A stretch of DNA of 64,000 nucleotides from an uncultured virus (IMG/VR IMGVR_UViG_3300027906_000011) (taxonomy: Duplodnaviria; Heunggongvirae; Uroviricota; Caudoviricetes), in the IMG/VR virus record IMGVR_UViG_3300027906_000011, one strand, 5' to 3'. The number at the start of each line of letters is the position of its first letter. Within the stretch, counting starts at the first letter, position 1. Both the position numbers and the translations under genes were made by a program. The notes under the pieces are model-generated. The model made no database searches and was not told the DNA's origin. It saw only the letters and a program-made list of their open reading frames with translations. This document shows positions 29,811-38,667 of this stretch, piece by piece.

Positions 29811-30107
29811 TTACGCTATCATTATACAGTTCATGTATGCATCTGGATCATCTACATATCTCCAGATTTCACATTCATCTTCTTCTAAATCTCTAATTGG
29901 GTCAATCATGATATCTTCTGGTTCTGGTTCAGGACATAAAAATGTTCCATTTTTGTCTGTATAACAAAGACCAGGCAACACTTCAATGTGTGAACAACCC
30001 ATAGGAACCAAAAGCATAATCAATAATAATGTATATCCTATCCAAAGTAGAGGAGTATCCTTAGGTTCCATGTTATTCAATCTATCATCTAAACTCAATT
30101 TTTTCAT
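29811..30107 (-). CDS. Hypothetical membrane/lipoprotein-like protein
   Basis: Hydrophobic stretch then PMG-C; four more Cys. Confidence 0.45.
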   Translation of the reverse strand: MKKLSLDDRLNNMEPKDTPLLWIGYTLLLIMLLVPMGCSHIEVLPGLCYTDKNGTFLCPEPEPEDIMIDPIRDLEEDECEIWRYVDDPDAYMNCIMIA

Positions 30108-30127
30108 ATTACTATTTATTATAACAG

Positions 30128-30156
30128 AAAAACCACCTAATTGTATAGGTGGTTTT
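30128..30156. terminator. Intrinsic terminator hairpin
   Basis: aaaaccaccta-N-taggtggtttt downstream of the HAD gene. Confidence 0.65.
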
Positions 30157-30171
30157 CCATCGCATTTTGAA

Positions 30172-30609
30172 TTAAAAGTCGCCGTCTGCTACTTGAACTA
30201 CAGTGGTTCCTCTTGCTCTCCACATATCAACAACTTTGTTTCTGTCGTCAAATACGAGGTCAATTTTACCACCAATTTCTTCAAACTTATCAGCAAGTTC
30301 AGACTTGAATACCTCATCAGGATCATATGAATCATTGGGTCTAAGGAAAAGTCCTTTGTGACCATCACCAATCCACTCTGAAATTTGTCTCTCTGTGACT
30401 TCTCTCTCTGTTTCGTTTCTTGCTGAGAAGAAGGCAACATCATCACCTTGTGCAATGAATCTCTTTGCAATATCGCAAACCCATTGAACAGGCGTATCGT
30501 TTACTGTTTGTTCTTTAAAAGACTTCCAATCGTTGTTGTTCTCCACAAAATGTCTTCTGTGGTCGCAATCTGCGATTGTTCCGTCTACATCAAAAATTAT
30601 TGTTTTCAT
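30172..30609 (-). CDS. Stand-alone polynucleotide 3'-phosphatase (HAD domain of PseT/PNKP)
   Basis: FDVDGTIAD, FSAR, LRP, FDDRNKVVDMWR, QVADGDF. Confidence 0.85.
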   Translation of the reverse strand: MKTIIFDVDGTIADCDHRRHFVENNNDWKSFKEQTVNDTPVQWVCDIAKRFIAQGDDVAFFSARNETEREVTERQISEWIGDGHKGLFLRPNDSYDPDEVFKSELADKFEEIGGKIDLVFDDRNKVVDMWRARGTTVVQVADGDF

Positions 30610-30672
30610 ATTACTGCTATTGTCATTAATCCCAAATAAATAAAAATGAATAAGAAGGTATAAAGAGTGTAT

Positions 30673-31089
30673 TTAAGCAACTTTTTCATTTAGATGTTTC
30701 TCTTTAAGTTCCGCAGTCTCCTTAATACCCTTAAGAAGTTCTGCGACTGTAAGCACCTTAGGTTTGTCCCAATCTTCAGCGTTTTCCACTTCATGTTCCA
30801 TTGACCACTCTGAAACTACCTCAGAATTAGTTATATAAGAGAAGGCGAACTCCAAACCATTGTATGCGTTAATATATTGCATTACAAGCGCATCCACTGT
30901 CGCCTGAGACACATTTGGCGCCTCATAGTAAGAGTGTTCACCTGGTCCGTAAGCGTCTTCCTCAAAGACTAATGACTCGGTTGTGAATGGAACAAAGTAG
31001 CAATCACCACCCTTGTATTTGTAATGAGGATTCTTAGAATCTCCATAGTTCTCAAGGTATTGTGTGGTTAATTTTACTGCTTTATTCAT
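30673..31089 (-). CDS. Hypothetical early protein
   Basis: TQYLENYG...YKYKGG motif. Confidence 0.55.
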   Translation of the reverse strand: MNKAVKLTTQYLENYGDSKNPHYKYKGGDCYFVPFTTESLVFEEDAYGPGEHSYYEAPNVSQATVDALVMQYINAYNGLEFAFSYITNSEVVSEWSMEHEVENAEDWDKPKVLTVAELLKGIKETAELKEKHLNEKVA

Positions 31090-31171
31090 ACTAGGTCCCC
31101 TATAATTATTAGTAAAAAGGCTGCCATAGGGACAAGAAAGTCCGTATCTAGTAGCCCATGTTTCTTAATTG

Positions 31172-31219
31172 TTTTCATCATGTGTCCATCCTACTAAAAA
31201 GTATGGCCTATTGTCAACC
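31172..31219 (-). promoter_or_regulatory. Early promoter, copy 1 of an exact 48-bp repeat (TTGACA-N18-TAGGAT)
   Basis: Identical to 60081-60128. Confidence 0.8.
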
Positions 31220-31684
31220 CTCTCTGACTAAAACTAACATACTTCCACCATCTAAATAATAGTCTTTTACTTCGTTTACAACAACGAATTTACGAGTGGT
31301 TAGTATGTGGTATGCAGCTTGGTTATCTGCATGAATCTTTGTATGAATCAATGGATATGATTCAGATACATGGTCCATTATAGCACCTGATACACCAGAC
31401 ATTCTCATATCAGGATGGACACAATTATCTAAAATGTTGTATGCGAGTAAATTATGATACTCTTGTGGCACTAATGAATCTTCTAAGTTCTGTATAATAC
31501 CGATGTTATGACCAACAACCTGGTCATCTACTGATGCCACCCATGAATCAGTAAGGAATTGAGATATGAATTTCCATGAATCATAAGAGTAAAGACCTCT
31601 CTCATGAAAATGTTGGGCGTGTTGAGTCTCGAAACAGTATTCTGCATCTTCTGGAAAAATCTTTCTTATTCTAAGTTCATTCAT
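31214..31684 (-). CDS. GNAT acetyltransferase (RimI-like)
   Basis: VHPDMRMSGVS acetyl-CoA motif A, DNQAA, KDYY.DG. Confidence 0.8.
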   Translation of the reverse strand: MNELRIRKIFPEDAEYCFETQHAQHFHERGLYSYDSWKFISQFLTDSWVASVDDQVVGHNIGIIQNLEDSLVPQEYHNLLAYNILDNCVHPDMRMSGVSGAIMDHVSESYPLIHTKIHADNQAAYHILTTRKFVVVNEVKDYYLDGGSMLVLVREG

Positions 31685-31694
31685 AATAAAGGTT

Positions 31695-31719
31695 GGTGGG
31701 AGACTGCAGCTCTCCCACC
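31695..31719 (-). terminator. GC-rich hairpin, possible terminator or processing site
   Basis: ggtgggaga-N7-tctcccacc just after the beta-barrel gene. Confidence 0.45.
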
Positions 31720-31732
31720 GGTTAACAATAAA

Positions 31733-32356
31733 TTAGAATTTATAATTATAAGATAAAGACACTGATGTAAAATTCTCATCAGTAATGTAATCATCACCTG
31801 TTAAAAGGTGTAATCCCATACCATTATCAAACTCTTTTGAGAGTCCAAATAATACTTGGTCTTCATTCTTTTCGAAATAATTATATATTACGCTCACATC
31901 AACCCATTGGTCTACCCATGGTAGAGTCCATTGAGCTTGTGCAAACTCATCACCGAATTCGGCTTGAGTCTTTGCATACATCATGCTTAATCCCACATCT
32001 AGAAATGATATAGATGCAAATGCCTCTTCGTGGTCATATGCTTCATTGTCAAATTTTCTTTCGACATATCCAAAACCAACTTCAATATGGTCTGCCACTA
32101 CTGGCATTGAGAACCCAGCGTAAAAGTTTGCCTCACGCTCTGTTCCATCAAAGTCTACTTCTGATGTCCATGCACCTACTACAAGATTTCCTGCAAGTAT
32201 GTCCCTATCATATTCAACTCCAAGTTGAAGTGCGTTACCGTCACCTTGTGACACGCCTCTCCAAATGTAGTCGTTAGTATAGTTCATATTAACAGACATG
32301 TCTGCAAATGCACTCGTTGATAGCATTAGTATTAATGCTCCTAATATATTTTTCAT
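31733..32356 (-). CDS. Outer-membrane beta-barrel protein (TIGR02001/TorF-like putative porin)
   Basis: Signal peptide ending AFA, NDYIWRGVSQ, ALQLGVEY, C-terminal SYNYKF. Confidence 0.8.
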   Translation of the reverse strand: MKNILGALILMLSTSAFADMSVNMNYTNDYIWRGVSQGDGNALQLGVEYDRDILAGNLVVGAWTSEVDFDGTEREANFYAGFSMPVVADHIEVGFGYVERKFDNEAYDHEEAFASISFLDVGLSMMYAKTQAEFGDEFAQAQWTLPWVDQWVDVSVIYNYFEKNEDQVLFGLSKEFDNGMGLHLLTGDDYITDENFTSVSLSYNYKF

Positions 32357-32381
32357 ATATACTCCTTATTTTTATTATCAA

Positions 32382-32457
32382 TGGTGGAGTGAGAGGGAAT
32401 CGAACCCACGACCTTCTGGATGCAAACCAGACGCTCTCCCTACTGAGCTACCACCCC
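32382..32457 (-). tRNA. tRNA-Ala(UGC)
   Basis: Cloverleaf GGGGTGG...TCACTCC-A-CCA; anticodon arm TCTGG-TTTGCAT-CCAGA; G3:U70; TTCGA loop. Confidence 0.93.
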
Positions 32458-32467
32458 ATATATTTAC

Positions 32468-32731
32468 CTAATCCGCTTCGTTGGATTCGTCAAAACCACT
32501 GATAATACTATCCAATTCTTCTAAGTCTACTTCACCTAGAAGTTCTACTGTGAACATATCCTCTTCCTTTTCATGTTCTACTATATGTGGTAGTTCATGT
32601 CCAAGAACCTCTAGTTTAGATACTTTCTCAGTAAATTCTCTATACATGTCTCTATCGATTCTAATCTTTCGACCTTCGATTAAGACACCCCTTTTTTTAA
32701 CTGGAACCATGTCCAGAATATTCATTGTCAT
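32468..32731 (-). CDS. Hypothetical protein
   Basis: Coupled ORF. Confidence 0.45.
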   Translation of the reverse strand: MTMNILDMVPVKKRGVLIEGRKIRIDRDMYREFTEKVSKLEVLGHELPHIVEHEKEEDMFTVELLGEVDLEELDSIISGFDESNEAD

Positions 32732-33402
32732 ACTATCCTCACTGCTTTCATTCTTTCTATAGGCATAGGTTCACCTGCAATTCTATGAAAGAACATAACT
32801 AATGTTAATCTCTCTTCGTCTTTTGAATCAGTAACCTCAAAACTGTTTGCACCATGATAACAATTCGGCATTATCAATAGTCTATTAAATTTACCTTTAA
32901 CATTTACATGTTCTTCAAACGAATCGTTAAACTCCATTTGAACTTGTATGTCTCTCTCAGTCATATAACCTTGACGATTACATTTCTGTTTTGTTTCAAA
33001 ATGAGATGGGTCAAGTAGTGAACCTTCCTTACTAGTATAGATTGAAGTGCCGTCACTTTCATTCAAATAAAGTATGCCTGTTGCGAAACCATTATCACTA
33101 TGAACCCAACCACTATGCATCTTGGCAGGAATCTTTTGAAATGCCATAGTGCAATCGACTAATCCGGCAGCAGATGCCCCATATGAGGTTTCACTTCTAC
33201 CCAAATCAGGTAAGGCTTGAAATAGACTCATAACTTTTGTGACAAGATTGTCATAAAGTATGTCATTTACTAGATGAAGTTGTTCACTTCTGGTACCAGG
33301 CCACATTCCATTTGGATCCGGTGCGAATTCTAATGCATCGGCCAACTCTAGAAGTTGATGTGGTTCATCTAAAAAATCGTCAACCACTGTTATTGGTATC
33401 AT
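32728..33402 (-). CDS. DUF6445-like 2OG-Fe(II) oxygenase
   Basis: VVDDFL, WPGTRS, GWVHSD, ILYLN, FNRL, YHGA, RLTLVMFF. Confidence 0.75.
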   Translation of the reverse strand: MIPITVVDDFLDEPHQLLELADALEFAPDPNGMWPGTRSEQLHLVNDILYDNLVTKVMSLFQALPDLGRSETSYGASAAGLVDCTMAFQKIPAKMHSGWVHSDNGFATGILYLNESDGTSIYTSKEGSLLDPSHFETKQKCNRQGYMTERDIQVQMEFNDSFEEHVNVKGKFNRLLIMPNCYHGANSFEVTDSKDEERLTLVMFFHRIAGEPMPIERMKAVRIV

Positions 33403-34679
33403 CTACCTACATCTCCTAAATATTTTTCTTTACATTCTTCCCATGACATACCTATGATGTCATCGTAGAATAATGTCTCAGTTAAGTTTTGCCTATCTGA
33501 TTTCATAAGATTAGTAATTCTCTTAGCGGCATATTTCTCTTTCCATAACTGAGTTAATGATTCTACTGAACCATCGTTTGAATTTCTAACCAATTGGTCT
33601 TGTTCTATCTCACCTCTAAGAAACTCTCTAGAGTTTTCATAGAATGTAGAATAGTAGATACCTCTTTGATGGTCACTCTTCTGTAAATCTTTTGGTATCT
33701 TTAACTGTGAATACATAAATTGTCTCATACGATTTCTATGGTCTCTCTTCAATGTCTGACCACTCTCTCGTTTTGCAACATACAATAAGAAATATCTCTC
33801 ATTGAAATGGTGTTCTGCATAGTCTAGCATCTTTCTTTCAGTCTCTTTGGTCATCTCAAATGATAATGAACCTTGACTATAACCCATTTTCTTCCAATGT
33901 TTGAGTCTATCGTATTGTGATAGACCACCTGTCTTAGATTTACCATACAATGATGTAGTAGTCATGCCAACTAACTTATCACCATAGTTTTCTTCCCACT
34001 GTTTCTGTATCACATCGGCAGTGCATAACAATGCCATGAGTTTACCACCTGTATAATTAAACCCTAATGGTTGTGTTGGTAAGATACTTGAACCAATCGC
34101 ACTGTTGTTTAGTTTACCACTATTTGTTTTGTATTCTCTATCCCAACCAATGTAATTATCTCTAGGCGTTAAGTCAATGAAGTCACCTGTGATACAAATG
34201 ACACCAAGATACTTGCCTGTGACTTTATCTCTAACAATGTAATGTAGATTTCTACCAATGTTAGATGAGTTCTTCTGGCTGTGTGTCATTGTTCTTAAAC
34301 AATTCCACCTCTCAGTAAGAGAACCAGCAGCCTGTCTATCTTTCTCTGAATCAGTGTATATCAATTCTGGTTCTAGATTAACGAAGTCTGCAAAGACTTT
34401 TGGAAACCATATGTTATTCTTAGTTTCTGTAATTAGTTTTAAATGGTCTTCATTGACAAAGTTTGTTTCTTCACCATATAAAGTCTGAACTGTTTGTGAT
34501 GGATATTTCAAATGTATTTCTTGATACTTCTGGTATAAGGTGTATTCTGCCACACCCATTTTAGAAACAAATGATAAATCTTTTATCAATAGTTCTCTGA
34601 GTTCTTCTTTAGGCAATATCTCCTTTTCAGTTCTATTTGCCTGATACTCGTCAAATTGTTTCTGAACAAATGGTTCCAT
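33399..34679 (-). CDS. DruA/DUF4338-like protein, paralog 1
   Basis: IGRNLHYIV.D..TGKYLG, PTQPLGFNYTGGKLMALL, TTTSLYG, SQYDRL..W..MGYSQG. Confidence 0.75.
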   Translation of the reverse strand: MEPFVQKQFDEYQANRTEKEILPKEELRELLIKDLSFVSKMGVAEYTLYQKYQEIHLKYPSQTVQTLYGEETNFVNEDHLKLITETKNNIWFPKVFADFVNLEPELIYTDSEKDRQAAGSLTERWNCLRTMTHSQKNSSNIGRNLHYIVRDKVTGKYLGVICITGDFIDLTPRDNYIGWDREYKTNSGKLNNSAIGSSILPTQPLGFNYTGGKLMALLCTADVIQKQWEENYGDKLVGMTTTSLYGKSKTGGLSQYDRLKHWKKMGYSQGSLSFEMTKETERKMLDYAEHHFNERYFLLYVAKRESGQTLKRDHRNRMRQFMYSQLKIPKDLQKSDHQRGIYYSTFYENSREFLRGEIEQDQLVRNSNDGSVESLTQLWKEKYAAKRITNLMKSDRQNLTETLFYDDIIGMSWEECKEKYLGDVGR

Positions 34680-35011
34680 TAGTGGTTTCTTCCTCCTTCA
34701 AATACACATATAAAATATAAACCAAAAACTCCTGTGTTGATAACTTTATGAAACTCTCCAATATTAATACAAACGATATCACCTGCCTCTACAGGAAATC
34801 TTTCATCATCAATTTGCATTTCACCTTTACCTTTATGGAAGTAATAAACTTCTTCTTGGTCATCATGTGTATGTCCATTTGTTGATTCATTCGCCCTTAA
34901 CATTGTGCTACTAAGAGTTAAGTGTTCACCAAAAGGATTATCTTTTAATAGATATTGAGAAGTATCTTTAATAATCTCTCCACCTATATTTTCTATTCTA
35001 ACCCTTTGCAT
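34679..35011 (-). CDS. Cupin-domain protein
   Basis: GHTHDDQEEVYYF..G.G, AGDIV.I..G.FH. Confidence 0.85.
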   Translation of the reverse strand: MQRVRIENIGGEIIKDTSQYLLKDNPFGEHLTLSSTMLRANESTNGHTHDDQEEVYYFHKGKGEMQIDDERFPVEAGDIVCINIGEFHKVINTGVFGLYFICVFEGGRNH

Positions 35012-35177
35012 TATATAATACTAGTCGTTGTTCTAGTCCTCTCTTCTAATGTCTCAATCTCTTTGAGTTGTTTGTTGGTTGGTTCTTTAACATTCTTTAA
35101 TCTTTCAAGCGCCCTTGCTCTTCTTCCGGCAATGCCACCTGTATGACTAAATTTTACTCTTGCTCTTGTTCCCATAA

Positions 35178-36566
35178 TTATACCTTAAAATCGTTAAACT
35201 TGTTTGATGGTCTCGCTCTATCAGCAACAGGAATACTATCATCAATTAATAGTTCACCATCAACTAATTCTTCCTGTGCCTCTTGTTCTACATCGTAGAG
35301 TTTCATTCTGGCCCTATCAACACCTATAACAAATCGTTTAAATATCGTAGGGTCATTATACCTATTCTTCAATTGTTTTACGACAAGTTGGTCTAACTCT
35401 TCTAGTTCTTCTGATGTAATCAGTGCAAACATTAAGTCAGCAGTTGCCGGTAAACCAAATGATTCAGATGTATCTTCTAAGCCAATATCTGTAGAACCGA
35501 AACCACTTCTTGTAGTCTGAGTTGCACTCATGATTGGCACATCATATTCTACTGCAACACCTCTGAGTTCTTCTGCAATACTCTTAACTAATGTATAAGA
35601 GTTTGCACCAGCGCCTGGTCTAATTCTCTGAGATGCACATATGTTTAGATAATCAATAAAGATTACATCTGGTTGAAAATCTTTCTTGATATCTAATTCT
35701 TGTAATAGATGTCTAAAATGTCCTGCGTGGGCAGCTGCAGTTGGGTATTCTTTCACAATAAGTTTACCCTTTGTCTTGTTCTTAAGTCTTTCAATCTTCT
35801 TACCATAATCTTTCTTAGATATATCTGGCAACTCTTTCATAGGAACATTCATAATGTTTGCATCTATTCTCTCTGCAATTCTTTCTTCTGCCATCTCAAG
35901 TGTAATATACAATACATTCTTGTTCTGCATTAAGGCACTTGATGCCATGTGACACATGAATAATGATTTACCAACACCTGTTCCTGCGAGACATATGTTT
36001 AATGTCTTATTAGGAAGACCACCCTTTGTAATCTTATTAAAGTATTCTAAATCAAATGGTAATTTCTCTTCTTCATGTGTATAGAAATTATGTCTCTCTT
36101 CTGCATCTTCTAATACATCGTGACCAATGTGTTGGTCAAAAGACACGGAAAGGGCATCCTTTAATAACTCTGGTATTTCGCCGGTCGACCTTTGAGACTT
36201 CTTATCTAAGACTTCAATAGAATCCATAACTGCAATATAGATTGCTCTATCTTTGCACCAAGATTCTGTCTCATCGACAAGCCATTCTAACGGTGTATCA
36301 TCTTTAGGCATCGAGCCCAACAACTCTTTAGACCCTTTAACAATATTCTCTGACTCAGATGAATTATTGTCAAGGTTTATGAGAAGTGCTTCAAGTGTTG
36401 GACTCTTAGTATACTTTTCGAAATAATGTGTTATCTCTTTGTATACCAATTGCTCAGATGAATCGGCAAAATACTCAGGTTTTAGGAAAGGAATTACTTT
36501 CCGTGAAAACTCTTCACTCTGAATCAGATTCTTGAGTATCGTCTGTTCTATTCTCGTTATTTCCAT
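35178..36566 (-). CDS. gp41: DnaB-like replicative helicase
   Basis: [34 protein letters not shown]. Confidence 0.97.
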   Translation of the reverse strand: MEITRIEQTILKNLIQSEEFSRKVIPFLKPEYFADSSEQLVYKEITHYFEKYTKSPTLEALLINLDNNSSESENIVKGSKELLGSMPKDDTPLEWLVDETESWCKDRAIYIAVMDSIEVLDKKSQRSTGEIPELLKDALSVSFDQHIGHDVLEDAEERHNFYTHEEEKLPFDLEYFNKITKGGLPNKTLNICLAGTGVGKSLFMCHMASSALMQNKNVLYITLEMAEERIAERIDANIMNVPMKELPDISKKDYGKKIERLKNKTKGKLIVKEYPTAAAHAGHFRHLLQELDIKKDFQPDVIFIDYLNICASQRIRPGAGANSYTLVKSIAEELRGVAVEYDVPIMSATQTTRSGFGSTDIGLEDTSESFGLPATADLMFALITSEELEELDQLVVKQLKNRYNDPTIFKRFVIGVDRARMKLYDVEQEAQEELVDGELLIDDSIPVADRARPSNKFNDFKV

Positions 36567-37569
36567 ATTTAAAATACTGGTTAGCTACTTTTTCTAATCT
36601 TTCCATTACTTCATCAGTGAAGTATTTCTCTGGATTATTGTTAATCGTTTTACCAAATTCTGTTTTACCATTTGGTAGTTTGACTCTGGTTGAAGCTTTC
36701 TCAAAAACTCCACTTGCAAGTGCAAGGTCTAGTAGACCATAATATCTATCTAGTCCTTTATCATATGTCAATCTGACATCGACCATTCTGTTCTCAACAG
36801 TAAGTCTTGACTTTGCGTTCTTACAATGAATAATGTTTCCTACGATTTCTGTTCCCTCTTTCTCTTTTCTTTTAGAAAGATAAATGATTGAACTAGCGGC
36901 ATACTTAAGTCCACTACCACCACCCATTTCTTTTTGTGGGAACATAGAACCAATCACATCGTATGTGTGGTTCGTGACTATCATAGGAACACCAGCACGA
37001 CCAAGTTTAAGAGTTAATACTCTAAATGCACCCTTTGTAATTTGGGCACGAGTCATGTCTTTAGTTTCCTTTCCTTCAGCAGTATCTTCGATTTCTTTTG
37101 TAGTTGATAACATACCAAGACTATCTAAACAGAACATCATTGGAGGTCTATCGTCCTCTGGTGTCTCTAGATATCTATCGAGAATATTAATTGCCTGATT
37201 TCTGAATTGTTGAACTGTTATTACAGGCACAATAACAATCCTATTTGAATCGATTCCTCTTTCCTCAATCATATCTTTGCTGAGTGCTGATTCTGATTCA
37301 AAGTAAATTACAGCAGCTTCAGGATTGTCTTCTAAGAATTGTTTTACCATTCCTAATGCAAAGAATGTTTTTCCTGTTGCTGATTCTCCTGCGATTGCAG
37401 TAATTTTGTTTTTTGGTAACCCACCGAATAGCGAGCCACTTAATAATGCATTGAAGACAAACGACCCACTGTCTACGAATGAGTCAACATCTCCAGCTGC
37501 AATACCATCAGAAACGATACCTGCGTATTCATTTCCTGATGCTTTCACTAAGTCTTTAATGAATGACAT
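36514..37569 (-). CDS. uvsX: RecA-like recombinase
   Basis: [25 protein letters not shown]. Confidence 0.96.
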   Translation of the reverse strand: MSFIKDLVKASGNEYAGIVSDGIAAGDVDSFVDSGSFVFNALLSGSLFGGLPKNKITAIAGESATGKTFFALGMVKQFLEDNPEAAVIYFESESALSKDMIEERGIDSNRIVIVPVITVQQFRNQAINILDRYLETPEDDRPPMMFCLDSLGMLSTTKEIEDTAEGKETKDMTRAQITKGAFRVLTLKLGRAGVPMIVTNHTYDVIGSMFPQKEMGGGSGLKYAASSIIYLSKRKEKEGTEIVGNIIHCKNAKSRLTVENRMVDVRLTYDKGLDRYYGLLDLALASGVFEKASTRVKLPNGKTEFGKTINNNPEKYFTDEVMERLEKVANQYFKYGNNENRTDDTQESDSE

Positions 37570-37611
37570 ATTTCACTTCTCCATAATATAATAAAATTTA
37601 TACTGTTACCA

Positions 37612-37650
37612 GTATACTAGCTTTGGTCAAGTTTGTCTAGTGACTTTTCA
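37612..37650 (-). promoter_or_regulatory. sigma70-like promoter AAAAGTCAC-TAGACA-N17-TATACT for uvsX
   Basis: The same AAAAGTCACTAGACAA element precedes the gene starting at 45140. Confidence 0.6.
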
Positions 37651-37847
37651 AATTTAGATTTTGTTTCGAACTCATCTTCAAGTGTCTCATATGTCCACCT
37701 CTGTTTCATCATCTCAAGAATCAATTTCATCTGAGTTTCAAGATGAACAATAAACCCAAAGATTGTGATAATCATTAAGATGTAAAATACATCCATAAGA
37801 GTTATCATCATATTATGAGGTTCCATTCTCCAACTCCACTGTACCAT
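37617..37847 (-). CDS. Small membrane protein
   Basis: One TM; start may be MMITLM. Confidence 0.4.
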   Translation of the reverse strand: MVQWSWRMEPHNMMITLMDVFYILMIITIFGFIVHLETQMKLILEMMKQRWTYETLEDEFETKSKFEKSLDKLDQS

Positions 37848-38241
37848 TCTCTATAAGTATTTCTCTATTAGCCATGTGTTGTGCCTCGACTAATTCCTTG
37901 TTCTCTCCTGTATAAGGGACTGCGTGATGTTCATCAATCATTTGTTGATTGACTGAGAATGTTGAAGCACCGATGAATAAATCACCTAGTATTCTTCCAA
38001 ACTTTCCTTTATCATGAGAAACTAATTCGACATTACCTTGTTCTAAAATTTTTACAAGATGTGCCTTAGACGCCTTACCAAATTTCTTTTCAACTAAATC
38101 ACGAGTTCTGGATTCAGGTGTATCTATACCCAACATCCTAACTCTCTGTTTTTTATAAACCATTCCAAATCCTAGGTCTATATCTACATCTACTGTGTCT
38201 CCGTCCACGACTTTAACTATATCTACTTTATATCTATACAT
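37813..38241 (-). CDS. Thermonuclease (SNase-like)
   Basis: KVVDGDT, RVRMLGIDTPES, GKFGRILG; start moved to MYRYK. Confidence 0.9.
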   Translation of the reverse strand: MYRYKVDIVKVVDGDTVDVDIDLGFGMVYKKQRVRMLGIDTPESRTRDLVEKKFGKASKAHLVKILEQGNVELVSHDKGKFGRILGDLFIGASTFSVNQQMIDEHHAVPYTGENKELVEAQHMANREILIENGTVELENGTS

Positions 38242-38653
38242 GATTGTGCTGCCTATGCTCCTTTTTATCTTCCCAATCTTGTATTGCTCTCTGTATGCTA
38301 TCTTCTGCAAGAACAGAACAATGCAATTTGATTGGAGGCAATTCAAGTTCTTCTGCGATTTCTTTATCTTTAACTTGTTTTGCTTCTTCTATAGTTTTAC
38401 CTTTCAGCATATCAACAAACAATGTAGATGATGCAATTGCACTTCCACATCCATATGTTTTAAATTTAACATCGATGATTCTTTCGTCTTCATCTAGTTT
38501 CAATTGTAGTTTCATAACATCACCACATGCAGGCGCACCTGTCATGCCTGTCGCTACATCTGGCGCCTTAGGGTCAAATCTACCGACTGAATGTTTATCT
38601 GGATTGTTTAGAACAGATTCGAATCGTTCAACAACCTTGCTACTATATGCCAT
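38234..38653 (-). CDS. iscU: Fe-S cluster scaffold IscU
   Basis: GAPACGDVM, FKTYGCGSAIASS, LPPIKLHCS. Confidence 0.95.
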   Translation of the reverse strand: MAYSSKVVERFESVLNNPDKHSVGRFDPKAPDVATGMTGAPACGDVMKLQLKLDEDERIIDVKFKTYGCGSAIASSTLFVDMLKGKTIEEAKQVKDKEIAEELELPPIKLHCSVLAEDSIQRAIQDWEDKKEHRQHNHV

Positions 38654-38659
38654 ACCTTT

Positions 38660-38667
38660 TATTTATG
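38660..38667 (-). promoter_or_regulatory. Late promoter CATAAATA overlapping the gp43 stop codon
   Basis: 6 nt before the iscU ATG. Confidence 0.6.
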
